Below the pieces are notes generated by a model. It saw only the letters and a list, made by a program, of their open reading frames with translations. It was not told the DNA's origin and ran no database searches. A stretch of DNA of 64,000 bases. Source: a virus. This document shows positions 48,871-58,990 of this stretch, in pieces; position 1 is the stretch's first letter; each line of letters opens with the position of its first letter. The position numbers and the translations under genes were made by a program. The stretch covers positions 43,861 through 107,860 of the IMG/VR virus record IMGVR_UViG_3300017786_000003. The stretch is one strand, 5' to 3'.

Positions 48871-51648
48871 TTAAGAATTGCCTGCAACATAAGTCATAAT
48901 GTAATTAGCAGGACTCATATTCATAGCTTTAGCATCTCTATAATAAACTCTATTAAGTTTATCATATACTTTTTGACCAATTATTTCTTCTTGTTTTGTT
49001 TTGAAATTACCATTTATATAATGTTTATAAATAGCATGTGGATTACTCATACTTCCACCATCTTGACCTTTAGGTAATGTTTTAATTTTACCGTTCTCAG
49101 TTCTAGCATATCTGTTCTTTTCATTTTCCATGCTAGGAATAAGTGTGCCTGAATAAGTTTTACCTTTCCATTGCCAGCTAACTGATCCACCTTTTTTATA
49201 TTCAGGTCCTTTTACATTTCCATCTTTATCTTTAAAGTATACGTTTTCTGAAAGACCTTCTGTTTCTCCTTGTTTAGTTCTTACATACCCGTCTGGCAAA
49301 AGATTGTTATATGAAAGGTATTTTATAACCTCATCTTTTTTAGAATCATCTATATTTAATGATCCAACAATTGATCCAACATAATTATTAAATGTGTCTT
49401 CTCCCATTTCTAGAAGCTTTGCTAAGAATGGTCTTTCATCTCCGCCAAATATAGTTCTTAACTCATGTCCTACACCTAATAGATTTGAACCTATAAAACC
49501 AGCTGCTTTGTCTACACCAACAGAATCTAATAGTCCACCAACATAAGGTATATCTTTAACTTTTTGTTGTATTGCTTCTGCTGCATATCTACCTCCTGCA
49601 GCATGTCTCATATTATCAATACTATTTTCTTCACCAGGATTCTCAGCAAAAGCTTGAGCTCTATCATTTACATTATCTAAAGATGCATTAATTAATTTTT
49701 CTAGATCAGAAAGAAAACTGGTTTTAGGATTTGACCTCTGAATTGCATTTACATCACCACCTTCTTGAAAACCTAATTTGTCTTTCCAGTAATTTGGTAT
49801 ATTTTTAATACCTTCCATAGAGATGTCTATATTAGGAACATCTATACCTAATTTTTCAATTGCAAATCTATTTGCTTTATCTTTAGCCATATCTAAAAGC
49901 TCAGGTGCCCACTTATCTCTTTCATAAATTACTGTTTTTAATGCAGCTGGTATTGTTCCATCTGGAAGGATATTATATATCTCTTTTGCATCAGAACCTA
50001 CCTGACGTAATCTTTTTGCTGCTTTATCCTGTCTGCGTTCACTGGGCTCATCACCAAAAGGAAGGAAGCCAGATATAACTGTATCAAGATCTTTTAATGT
50101 TTGATCTGTTATGTCACCAATACCCTTATCTTTTATTGCTTCTATTGCTGTAGGATTATGTAATACTGTTTCTACTACATCATTTATTTCATCTCTATCT
50201 AAACCATCTAAATAATTTGTAAGAAGATTAATAGTAGTAGCATTAAGATCTACTTTTGCTTCTTCTTTTACTAATTTTGTTAACCCCTCAAATCTACTTG
50301 TCCTTTTTCCTTTTACACTTCCTGGAACTATTTTATCACTATAATTTTCTAAAATATTATCCATAACAAAATTAGGATCAGTAATACCCCCTCTACTATT
50401 TTCTGGTGAATTAGGATCCATACCTAAAGCCAAACATACCCCAGTAGCACAATTAGAATCTAAAAAGTCATAATTATATATGCTTTCATCCTCCAATGAT
50501 ATAGGAAGTTTTTCTGGTCTCAATCTTACATCATCATGAATAGAACTTCTTTCAGTACCTTCAAATAATTGTGCTTGATTTATAAAACCTTTTATTTCAT
50601 CATCAGATAAATCTAAATCTAAAACTCTTACGTCATCTTTCCCTTTATAATCTCTTTCACTAACACGTTTATTTCCTGAACCAGTTGACCATCTATTTAC
50701 ACGGCCAACTAACTTAGTACCAGGTATTACATTTACTTGATCACCTGTATCAGTATTAATTAGTACAGCTTCAATATGTCCAGGACTAAACTTTTTACTT
50801 CCATAAGGATATTGTATAACTCTTACATTATATTTTGAATAATCTATATCATTAATTCCTTTAGATCTTTCTGGGTCACCACCGTCTTGTAACTGACTTG
50901 CTTTGGAACCTTTGTTTATTGTTTTAGCTGCCAACTTAGCCTGGAGAGGAGTTACACCTTTAATTGCTTTGAGGGGTTTAGCAAAAGGTATTATACTTAA
51001 TGCATTTAGTGCTGCGTTACTATAATCACCACTATCTAAACTATCAGCTGATTTATACGCAGCATTAATTGGATTAAAAAAATCTATTGCACTTGTAAAA
51101 GAATCTTTTTCAACTTGTCCAGCATCTATACCCTTATCAAAATTATATGGTACATTTCCAGTATTAAATTTTTCTTTAATAGTTGCAAAAGGATATCTAA
51201 CAAATGATCTTATGTCACTTTTAAAATTATCAAGCATGCTAGGTGCTTGTGTTATTGTACCTCCTTGTTGAAATTGTTCTGGTTGTTCTAACTCAGGTTG
51301 CATTCTATAGTTAGTAGTAAGTTCTTCTCCTTCTTTTAAATCTTTCAATGCATATACAAATCTTTGATCACCTACCTTTTTACTCATCATAGTTGGTGAT
51401 TCTTCATTATGATTATGCATCTTACCTAACTGAGTAACAGGTTGTCCACCTTTATGTGCTAAACCTATTAGCTCACCCTGTTTAAAAGATCTTCCTGCAA
51501 ACATACCATCTCCTTCTATATCAGAAGGGGCTTGAAATATATCACTCATAGGTGCATTAGAACTAAACACACCAGTTACATAGGTAAACATTTCATTAGG
51601 TCCACCAGGTAATCCTCGTCTTTCTTTCTCTTCAAAATATTCTTTCAT
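48871..51648 (-). CDS. Modular protein: SET domain, permuted papain-like peptidase, DUF6973-like domain and small beta module (925 aa)
   Basis: SDIEGDGMFA..GELI..HNH..ALKDLKEGEELTTNY; PGHI...YDFLDSNC; DNMRHA..GHE..EDTFNNYVG; five (Q/K)xGG linkers. Confidence 0.82.
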   Translation of the reverse strand: MKEYFEEKERRGLPGGPNEMFTYVTGVFSSNAPMSDIFQAPSDIEGDGMFAGRSFKQGELIGLAHKGGQPVTQLGKMHNHNEESPTMMSKKVGDQRFVYALKDLKEGEELTTNYRMQPELEQPEQFQQGGTITQAPSMLDNFKSDIRSFVRYPFATIKEKFNTGNVPYNFDKGIDAGQVEKDSFTSAIDFFNPINAAYKSADSLDSGDYSNAALNALSIIPFAKPLKAIKGVTPLQAKLAAKTINKGSKASQLQDGGDPERSKGINDIDYSKYNVRVIQYPYGSKKFSPGHIEAVLINTDTGDQVNVIPGTKLVGRVNRWSTGSGNKRVSERDYKGKDDVRVLDLDLSDDEIKGFINQAQLFEGTERSSIHDDVRLRPEKLPISLEDESIYNYDFLDSNCATGVCLALGMDPNSPENSRGGITDPNFVMDNILENYSDKIVPGSVKGKRTSRFEGLTKLVKEEAKVDLNATTINLLTNYLDGLDRDEINDVVETVLHNPTAIEAIKDKGIGDITDQTLKDLDTVISGFLPFGDEPSERRQDKAAKRLRQVGSDAKEIYNILPDGTIPAALKTVIYERDKWAPELLDMAKDKANRFAIEKLGIDVPNIDISMEGIKNIPNYWKDKLGFQEGGDVNAIQRSNPKTSFLSDLEKLINASLDNVNDRAQAFAENPGEENSIDNMRHAAGGRYAAEAIQQKVKDIPYVGGLLDSVGVDKAAGFIGSNLLGVGHELRTIFGGDERPFLAKLLEMGEDTFNNYVGSIVGSLNIDDSKKDEVIKYLSYNNLLPDGYVRTKQGETEGLSENVYFKDKDGNVKGPEYKKGGSVSWQWKGKTYSGTLIPSMENEKNRYARTENGKIKTLPKGQDGGSMSNPHAIYKHYINGNFKTKQEEIIGQKVYDKLNRVYYRDAKAMNMSPANYIMTYVAGNS

Positions 51649-54600
51649 TAGCGTTTAGATAATAATAGTTTAGTATTGTTTAATCTTAGTAACATTTTTC
51701 TATCTCCTGATCTATTTTTTCTTAATATTAATTGGTTAGAATAATGTCTAAATTTTTTGCGTTGTGTAGGAGACTTATCATAATTAAGATTAAGTGCATT
51801 TAAAGGTCTAATATAACCATTACACTGTGTATTAAATATAGGTTGTTCAACATTAGTAAATTCACCTCTATCATTTGTTATATCAAAAAATTGATTAAAT
51901 CTAAATTTATGTTCTACTTTAGATGATAGTATGTCTATGCTACTATTATTTATTATTGGATAATTTAATTCACCCCACGGATCATTGTAAGGTTGCATAT
52001 TTAGATTTAATAATCCAGATACTTGATCATTATTATAAACTATAGCATGATCAAAATTAAATTCTAAATCTTCCCACTTATCTTCTCCACAAGCGTTACC
52101 AAGTGTATTATTTTTATAGACGTATGTTTCAAGTTGATATTCAATACTTCTAACTGTATTAACAATTTGACCTGTATTTTCTATTAGATCTATTTCCCAA
52201 GGATAATCTACCTTATAGAAATTCACATATGAATCACACCTTGCATTATGTCTCCATATAGAACCTACTTCAAAGTTAGCATTTTCTTGCTCAAATATTT
52301 GATAGTTACAAACTCTATTACTTGTAAACGTTGGAGTATCTACTTGATAAATTAATGGTGCTGAATCAGGACAATCACCTGTAACAGTAGTAGTATAACC
52401 AGGTTGAGAAGTTGGACAATCACAAAGAACTCGTCTGCATATAGGTGGATTAACAGGATCACATGTACCCGTTGCTTGTGTATAGTCTCCGTTAGCATCT
52501 GGATAAACTATTGTGTATCCTGCAGGACAACTACAAGAAGGGGTAGAAGTACATATTTGGCCAAGAAATTCAGTAGCAATCATATCCCAGTTTGTTATTG
52601 GATATGATGCATCAATTGTAGATTGTATACCAAATTGATATCTATCAGTTGAAATACCAGCCGTACCAGGTGATATAGTTGGTGGTCCTCCTGTACTAGT
52701 AATATTATTTAATACCAATGGTTGAACTGGTACTGGACTATTTACACCACAATAAAGTGCATATACAAATTGATTTGCAGGAGCAGGACCTCCTGGAACT
52801 ATTGTACTAGATTGAAACTGGGTATTTGGTCCCGTTGGTGATGTAGTATCTGTAATTAATAATATAATTTGTGTAAAGTTTCCTTGTCCTGATCTATCTC
52901 CTAATGCAGAAGCTGCTTTATTATTAAGTAGTGCTTGTCCACCTGTTAAACCTCTAGTTATATTAGTACCTGTCCCAACAGTAGTTCCTGGTGGCCAAGC
53001 TCTAGCTGCTAATGTTTGAGCATACCAATTAAGAACATTTGCACGGGCTTGAGGTGTTGTAATATTATTAACCATACTTTGTGTAGAAGCTGCTGGTGAA
53101 CCAGTATTATTCACATCCCAACTTTGTGATAGGTTTGCCCATGCAGTAAATCCTATTTGCATTGTTCCAGCTTGTTGAGCATTTATAACTAAAGGATTTT
53201 GTAAAAACGCCTGTATCCATTGTTGTTGTGCAAATGCTCTAGTTCCTGGGTTATTAGGGTTTTGCCCTAATCCCATAGTACTTGTAGACATGTCTGTAGC
53301 AATAACTATATCTAATAAACATGCTTGTGTTCCACCTGTTAGGGTCATTGTTCCTCCATTGTCTACAGTAATTGTTGCAGGCTCAGTAATTGTATCTGCT
53401 CTTTCACATTTGAAAGATGTTGGATTGTAATTAAATCCTGGAGGACATTGAGGTACATCAGTTGTTAAAGTCTTAGTAGTAAAGAAATGATTTATACTAG
53501 GTAAAGTTAATTCTGGGTGCCAATCATGAAATGATATCCAAGCTTTAGCTTTTGGATCATAACTTACTGTCCAAGAACAATCATCAAAGTAAACTGGATC
53601 TCCAATACTAATATCTATTATTGTTGAACCAGTACCTAGACTACCTAATGCAGCTGTTACATTAAATTTAAATCCTCCTTCTTCAGTATAAGTTACATTG
53701 CTTATATATTCTTTTTTTACTTTATAATCTCTTTTACAGAAGTATACTATATCATTATTAGTATCATACACTGTTTGGCAACCTACACCTGCTATAGGAT
53801 TGTCAGATAATACAGAATGTTCTAACTCTGGAAATTGTCTTATTAATGAAGAAGGTAAGTATTTATTAAACCACCACTTCATACCTTTGTTAGATATAGG
53901 ATCTAAACCTTTACCTGCATATTGGAATATTTTTCCTTGTGCTTGTGATATAAAAAATAATCCCATTGGTGTATTCATTACACCTCTTAAACTTTCAGAT
54001 GAACCATATTCATTAGATAAATCAGAATTAGCAACATTTTGCATTGGTTGAGAAAAAAGACCACCATCACCAATAGTTACCTTTGTATCTAATTGAGTTT
54101 TTAAAACATCAACACCTTGAAACAATTGAGGAGATAAGTATGGGAAAAATACTAGTGCACCATTTTTACTAAAAGGTTTTATTACACTTACTTCACCTTT
54201 GAAATCTTTATAATTAAAGTTTAAGAATACTCTCCAGAAATCTTTTTTAGATTCTTCTTGAGCTCTTAAAGAATATACAAGTCTTTTAGGGTAACTTGTA
54301 AAACATGTTTCAGCAACCAAAGGATCATAATCTAATGGCTGTACTTGACCAAAGCTACCTATTTGAGTAACAAACTTTGATGGACTTAAAGATTCATCAT
54401 ATTTATAGAAGTTGTCTGCTTTTTCTATTCTTGCATGAAATAGCTCATCAAGATCATTGTAATCATATACACTGTATATTCTTCTTGCTGGTGATTCTTC
54501 CCAATCTCTATAATCTAAATTAATTTCTGACTCTACATAAAAATCTAATATACCATTATTGTGAGTATATATATAAGCAAACCTCATAGCTAATGCAGGA

Positions 54601-57600
54601 TTCGGATCATTTGCGTTTCCAAATATTGCACTTAATCCAGTATTACATGAATCATTTCCTCTATCTAAATAATATAGATCATCTGGAAATTTAGCATCTA
54701 ATGCATTTTCACTTTGCAACCCTAATGTTGCAATTTCTCCTGCCAAAGGAGTTAAGTCAAATCTTTGAGAATTCAACCAGTATCTTGGATAAGGAATATT
54801 AACATATAAAGAATAGTCAAATGTATAACCATCAGGTTGTCCTTGTAAGTAATTACTAAATATAGGCATTATTGTTTTTTCAGTATATCTACCTATAAAT
54901 GTATCACCAGAAAAAATTGGTTGGCTTTTATATTTAAATTGATTAGGTTTTGTTGGATCTAATAATTCAACACAACCTCTCATTTGTATTTGTTTAATAC
55001 CAGCCAGCTGTCCGTACTGATTATCCATATTAAACTTTAATGCCCCATAATAAGCTGATATCTGTCTTTTCTTTGATGATCCAGGGTCTAATAAATAGTT
55101 ATCAGAAAATGGTATTGGTTGACTGCTTACATATTCCCCTTGTGCATTTAGATTCATTTCTACTTCACCACCTACTACATATCTAGATTTATCTTTAAAA
55201 TCTGGATCTGATATTGGTTTATCTATAGCTACTGCCACAGTGCTTGGTCTAAATAAATTATTAATTTTATATTCTCCTTTGTTAAATGTTTGAAAAGAAG
55301 AACCTAAATAATTTGAGTCAGTACATTTAATTCTCCATAAACCATTTGTTTGATTTCTGTATGTATCAAAAAATCCAGATGAATTATGTTTCCATGCAAA
55401 ATCTGAATCATTAACCATTGCATATATTAAATCTATAATTTCATTTCCACCTATTGCAACATTTGCTTTAGCAACAGCCATACCTGCAAAAACTCTAACT
55501 ACAAAAGGAAGATTAGAAACACTAGTATCTTTTCTAGTTGAATTACTTTTCATTCCACCAATTACTCCGGGGATACCACCTTCAGCAGACTGTATACCTT
55601 CACTAACGGCTGTTGCAATTTGACTAACTGCTCCCCCACTATAAAAATCTCCAACTGCTATTAAATCATCTATTAAAAATTGTTCAACTATTTGCAATAC
55701 TGTAGAAGCTGCACCAGCTGCACCAGCTACAGGTCCATTAACCAAAAGCCATCCCCCAGGCTGTACACCATAACCAGCACCCGCAGGTCCTCCAAAACCC
55801 CAATTTCCACTTACAGAATCCATAGCAGCCCTTGCTCCTTCAAAACTACTAGTATCAGTACCTCTCACTTGATGAAATGCATAACCTAAACCAATAAGAG
55901 AAGCAATTACTGCACCACCATTTCTTAATAATTTAAATTGTGGATGGTCTTCTGATGGTTTAAAATATCCAAATGCATTACCTGTTAACTGACCATACAT
56001 TCTAGCTTCAAATGCATTTAAAAATGGTTTTGTAAACATAAGTTCAGGAGAAGAAAATGTAAAAACTTTTCTTGAATATCCAGCAGGTTCACCATCTACG
56101 TCTGGTCTATCACCTAATGCTCTATATCCATTTACACCTAATGACTGAGTAAAACTATCACAACCACTAGTTCTATTTAATGGGCCTCCTTGAATACCAT
56201 CATGAAAATATATATCTGGTCTTAAATCATTATATGGATAGTTAGGATATAAACCTTGAACCCCATCTCCTATAAGATCTTGTGCGTTTGGTACAGTGTA
56301 CTTACGCATATTTCTAAATAAACCTTTTGCAAGTATAGATCTTGCACCAAGCCTTGAACCTCTTAAAATTTCATAACCAACTACATTTTCAATAAATGTA
56401 CCGTCATTATTTGTTGGTCTTCCTATATTTTCAAACTCAACTCCTAATATCTGCATAGTATCACCATTGTCTTTAGTGATATGTAATGGACCTGCATTAC
56501 CTATTTCTTCTGTTGGCATCTTATGATGTCTAATTGGTAAGCCACATAAATCTCCCCAAATATCAGGTCTATTACTAGGATATCTTTCTGTTGATTCCCA
56601 ATATCCCATTTTACCTCTTGCGGTAATAACATCACCATTTGCTGATATTTCTTGTAATCCTTGTTGGGTAATAGACCCAGTGTTATATACTTTATATACT
56701 GGATCTCCATTAGGATCTATAACATTTTCTCCAAAAATAATTTCATTTTCTAAAACTGTATTTCCATTATCTAATGTATAATTTTCAGGTGCTCTACCCG
56801 GTATATGATATGAAGAAGATCTTTCACCAGTATTATATATCCAACGTATAAAAAATGCATATTGTTCATCCCTCATAAAACCCATATTATTCCCACCTAA
56901 AGAATAATAAGTTGAATCTTGTTGATTAATTACCCAATTAACTTGTATTTGATTAGCAATAGGTTGATAATTAAAATCAAATTGTTCTGTTGGTCCTTGT
57001 CTAATTAAGTAATCATTAACAACAAACATAGACTCTGATTTTTCATAAGCAGGACTACGTAAAGGTATTTGATCTAAAGCTACAGCAGTTAATGCTGGGT
57101 CAATATAATCTATGTTAATATTAACTTGTTGTGTACTATATAACCCAATTTTTTTAGCAAATGTTTGACCTTGGTTTCTCACTAATAATACTAATTCAAA
57201 GTACTCATAGTCTTCATCTAAATTACTTATTGATATATCTAATGATCCTTGTGAACCTGCATGTGACCAAAGTGTTTGAATATTAGATACTCCAATATAG
57301 TCAGTTACTCTTTGTTCATTTTCTGTATAAGCAACAAATGCTTGATAAGAACCATTTGATAATAATCCTCCGTCAGTATTTTTATTTAGTTTTACGCAAG
57401 GTGTATCTAATAAAGGAGCCAATCTTATTTGTTCACAATCTAATTGTAATGGTAATATGTTTTCATATATTACACATGGATCACCAGGAGCAGAAGTTAT
57501 TTCTTGTTTATATGGTATATCATCTATGTTCATTGCACGTGATGGATTATTACCATCATCCCAATAAACTTCCCATGTACAATCAAAATTTTCTTTTGAT

Positions 57601-58004
57601 GCACCTGTAATAAGAAATTTAGTATTAAAATTTAAACAAGGATCATTTACTAATGTAGTATATTTACATTCACTGTCATCAAATGTACCTATCTCTGAGT
57701 TGTTATTATCAGTAGAATATATAATCCATTCATCTCCGTATCTATGTATAGCACCAATTATTGTATATGGTATAACACCACATTGTAAATTAGCCGGTTC
57801 ATTTCCTAATAGACCTACATCACCATCATTAGAGTTATTAACTGCATTACGTGCATGCCACCAACTCATGTTGTTCTCCATGGAAGGTGCAATGTCCTTG
57901 TTCATACCCTTTACAAAAGAGTTAGAAACTATAGATGAACTGCTTTTAGGTCGTGCACTAGCTGGTCTACCTTTAGATTTAGAAGATGTCTTTTTTTTTG
58001 CCAT
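51648..58004 (-). CDS. Tail stabilisation/muzzle-type protein with inserted vWA domain (2118 aa)
   Basis: FVKGMNKD N-terminus, FMRDEQYAFFI, WTVSY...WISFHDW beta-propeller-like region; position after the ring proteins. Confidence 0.78.
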   Translation of the reverse strand: MAKKKTSSKSKGRPASARPKSSSSIVSNSFVKGMNKDIAPSMENNMSWWHARNAVNNSNDGDVGLLGNEPANLQCGVIPYTIIGAIHRYGDEWIIYSTDNNNSEIGTFDDSECKYTTLVNDPCLNFNTKFLITGASKENFDCTWEVYWDDGNNPSRAMNIDDIPYKQEITSAPGDPCVIYENILPLQLDCEQIRLAPLLDTPCVKLNKNTDGGLLSNGSYQAFVAYTENEQRVTDYIGVSNIQTLWSHAGSQGSLDISISNLDEDYEYFELVLLVRNQGQTFAKKIGLYSTQQVNINIDYIDPALTAVALDQIPLRSPAYEKSESMFVVNDYLIRQGPTEQFDFNYQPIANQIQVNWVINQQDSTYYSLGGNNMGFMRDEQYAFFIRWIYNTGERSSSYHIPGRAPENYTLDNGNTVLENEIIFGENVIDPNGDPVYKVYNTGSITQQGLQEISANGDVITARGKMGYWESTERYPSNRPDIWGDLCGLPIRHHKMPTEEIGNAGPLHITKDNGDTMQILGVEFENIGRPTNNDGTFIENVVGYEILRGSRLGARSILAKGLFRNMRKYTVPNAQDLIGDGVQGLYPNYPYNDLRPDIYFHDGIQGGPLNRTSGCDSFTQSLGVNGYRALGDRPDVDGEPAGYSRKVFTFSSPELMFTKPFLNAFEARMYGQLTGNAFGYFKPSEDHPQFKLLRNGGAVIASLIGLGYAFHQVRGTDTSSFEGARAAMDSVSGNWGFGGPAGAGYGVQPGGWLLVNGPVAGAAGAASTVLQIVEQFLIDDLIAVGDFYSGGAVSQIATAVSEGIQSAEGGIPGVIGGMKSNSTRKDTSVSNLPFVVRVFAGMAVAKANVAIGGNEIIDLIYAMVNDSDFAWKHNSSGFFDTYRNQTNGLWRIKCTDSNYLGSSFQTFNKGEYKINNLFRPSTVAVAIDKPISDPDFKDKSRYVVGGEVEMNLNAQGEYVSSQPIPFSDNYLLDPGSSKKRQISAYYGALKFNMDNQYGQLAGIKQIQMRGCVELLDPTKPNQFKYKSQPIFSGDTFIGRYTEKTIMPIFSNYLQGQPDGYTFDYSLYVNIPYPRYWLNSQRFDLTPLAGEIATLGLQSENALDAKFPDDLYYLDRGNDSCNTGLSAIFGNANDPNPALAMRFAYIYTHNNGILDFYVESEINLDYRDWEESPARRIYSVYDYNDLDELFHARIEKADNFYKYDESLSPSKFVTQIGSFGQVQPLDYDPLVAETCFTSYPKRLVYSLRAQEESKKDFWRVFLNFNYKDFKGEVSVIKPFSKNGALVFFPYLSPQLFQGVDVLKTQLDTKVTIGDGGLFSQPMQNVANSDLSNEYGSSESLRGVMNTPMGLFFISQAQGKIFQYAGKGLDPISNKGMKWWFNKYLPSSLIRQFPELEHSVLSDNPIAGVGCQTVYDTNNDIVYFCKRDYKVKKEYISNVTYTEEGGFKFNVTAALGSLGTGSTIIDISIGDPVYFDDCSWTVSYDPKAKAWISFHDWHPELTLPSINHFFTTKTLTTDVPQCPPGFNYNPTSFKCERADTITEPATITVDNGGTMTLTGGTQACLLDIVIATDMSTSTMGLGQNPNNPGTRAFAQQQWIQAFLQNPLVINAQQAGTMQIGFTAWANLSQSWDVNNTGSPAASTQSMVNNITTPQARANVLNWYAQTLAARAWPPGTTVGTGTNITRGLTGGQALLNNKAASALGDRSGQGNFTQIILLITDTTSPTGPNTQFQSSTIVPGGPAPANQFVYALYCGVNSPVPVQPLVLNNITSTGGPPTISPGTAGISTDRYQFGIQSTIDASYPITNWDMIATEFLGQICTSTPSCSCPAGYTIVYPDANGDYTQATGTCDPVNPPICRRVLCDCPTSQPGYTTTVTGDCPDSAPLIYQVDTPTFTSNRVCNYQIFEQENANFEVGSIWRHNARCDSYVNFYKVDYPWEIDLIENTGQIVNTVRSIEYQLETYVYKNNTLGNACGEDKWEDLEFNFDHAIVYNNDQVSGLLNLNMQPYNDPWGELNYPIINNSSIDILSSKVEHKFRFNQFFDITNDRGEFTNVEQPIFNTQCNGYIRPLNALNLNYDKSPTQRKKFRHYSNQLILRKNRSGDRKMLLRLNNTKLLLSKR

Positions 58005-58021
58005 AATATATTACCCTTTAT

Positions 58022-58990
58022 TTAACAGGTTGCACTGGTTGATGATTGACTTGTTGTAGAGTCATTAGGATTTACAGTAAATTTTTCTGGCAAAGGAGCA
58101 ACTGGATTATTAGGAGCATAGCTCAAGAACATATTATAATAGTTATGATATTGTGCTCTTCTATTTACTTCCCACATTTTTCTCATTTCTGCAAAGTTTG
58201 GTGTATTAACAAATGTTAATGCATTGTTTCTTGCTCCTCTTAGTTTCTGTGATACTAAATTTAATTGCTGAGAAACGTTCTCACCGTTCCATACCATATT
58301 TTCAAGTATTCTTTCTTTAACTGCATATTCATAATATTCATTACAATAAGGATGATCTAATACTAATAAATCTCCATATGCATCTTCCATAGCACCCTGA
58401 TAACTTATATAAACTTTTCCTGTTCTAAATGTTGTAACTAAAAATCCATCTCTAACTTCAGCTATATCTAATGCTTGTGCACCTAATGTAGGACAAAAAC
58501 AAACAGCATCATTTACATCTTGAATTCTTAATTGAGTCCAACTATCAAATTGTCTATATTGATGTGGTCCTACTCTTTGAACTAACTGGTAACTGTTTTT
58601 ATCATCACAAGTTTTAATAACACATACATCTTTACAGGTGTCATCTTTACTGCATGGTGACATTTCTCCAGGAGAAGGAACATAAGGTACTTCATTAAAT
58701 GTTTCAATATGTGTACCAGATGGCATTGTTGCATTAACTGTATAGCTGCCACATCTAAATGCATAATTTATATATTTGAAATCCATAGGTAATTGCCCTC
58801 TACCATGTTCTATATCAATTATGACCTGCTTAGTTCTGTGAATTCTTAAACCTAAATCATAATTAACTCTTTGAGCAACTTTAATTAATTGCTGTGGCTC
58901 AATCATTCCTTCCAATGCATAGGTTGAAAAATCAATGGAAACATCTTCCATTAATTGACTGAATGTTCTATATTTTTGTGATACTCCCAT
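58022..58990 (-). CDS. Putative tail ring/tubular (adaptor) protein
   Basis: LPMDFKYI, VYISYQG..D..G; synteny with crAss-like tail genes. Confidence 0.65.
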   Translation of the reverse strand: MGVSQKYRTFSQLMEDVSIDFSTYALEGMIEPQQLIKVAQRVNYDLGLRIHRTKQVIIDIEHGRGQLPMDFKYINYAFRCGSYTVNATMPSGTHIETFNEVPYVPSPGEMSPCSKDDTCKDVCVIKTCDDKNSYQLVQRVGPHQYRQFDSWTQLRIQDVNDAVCFCPTLGAQALDIAEVRDGFLVTTFRTGKVYISYQGAMEDAYGDLLVLDHPYCNEYYEYAVKERILENMVWNGENVSQQLNLVSQKLRGARNNALTFVNTPNFAEMRKMWEVNRRAQYHNYYNMFLSYAPNNPVAPLPEKFTVNPNDSTTSQSSTSATC

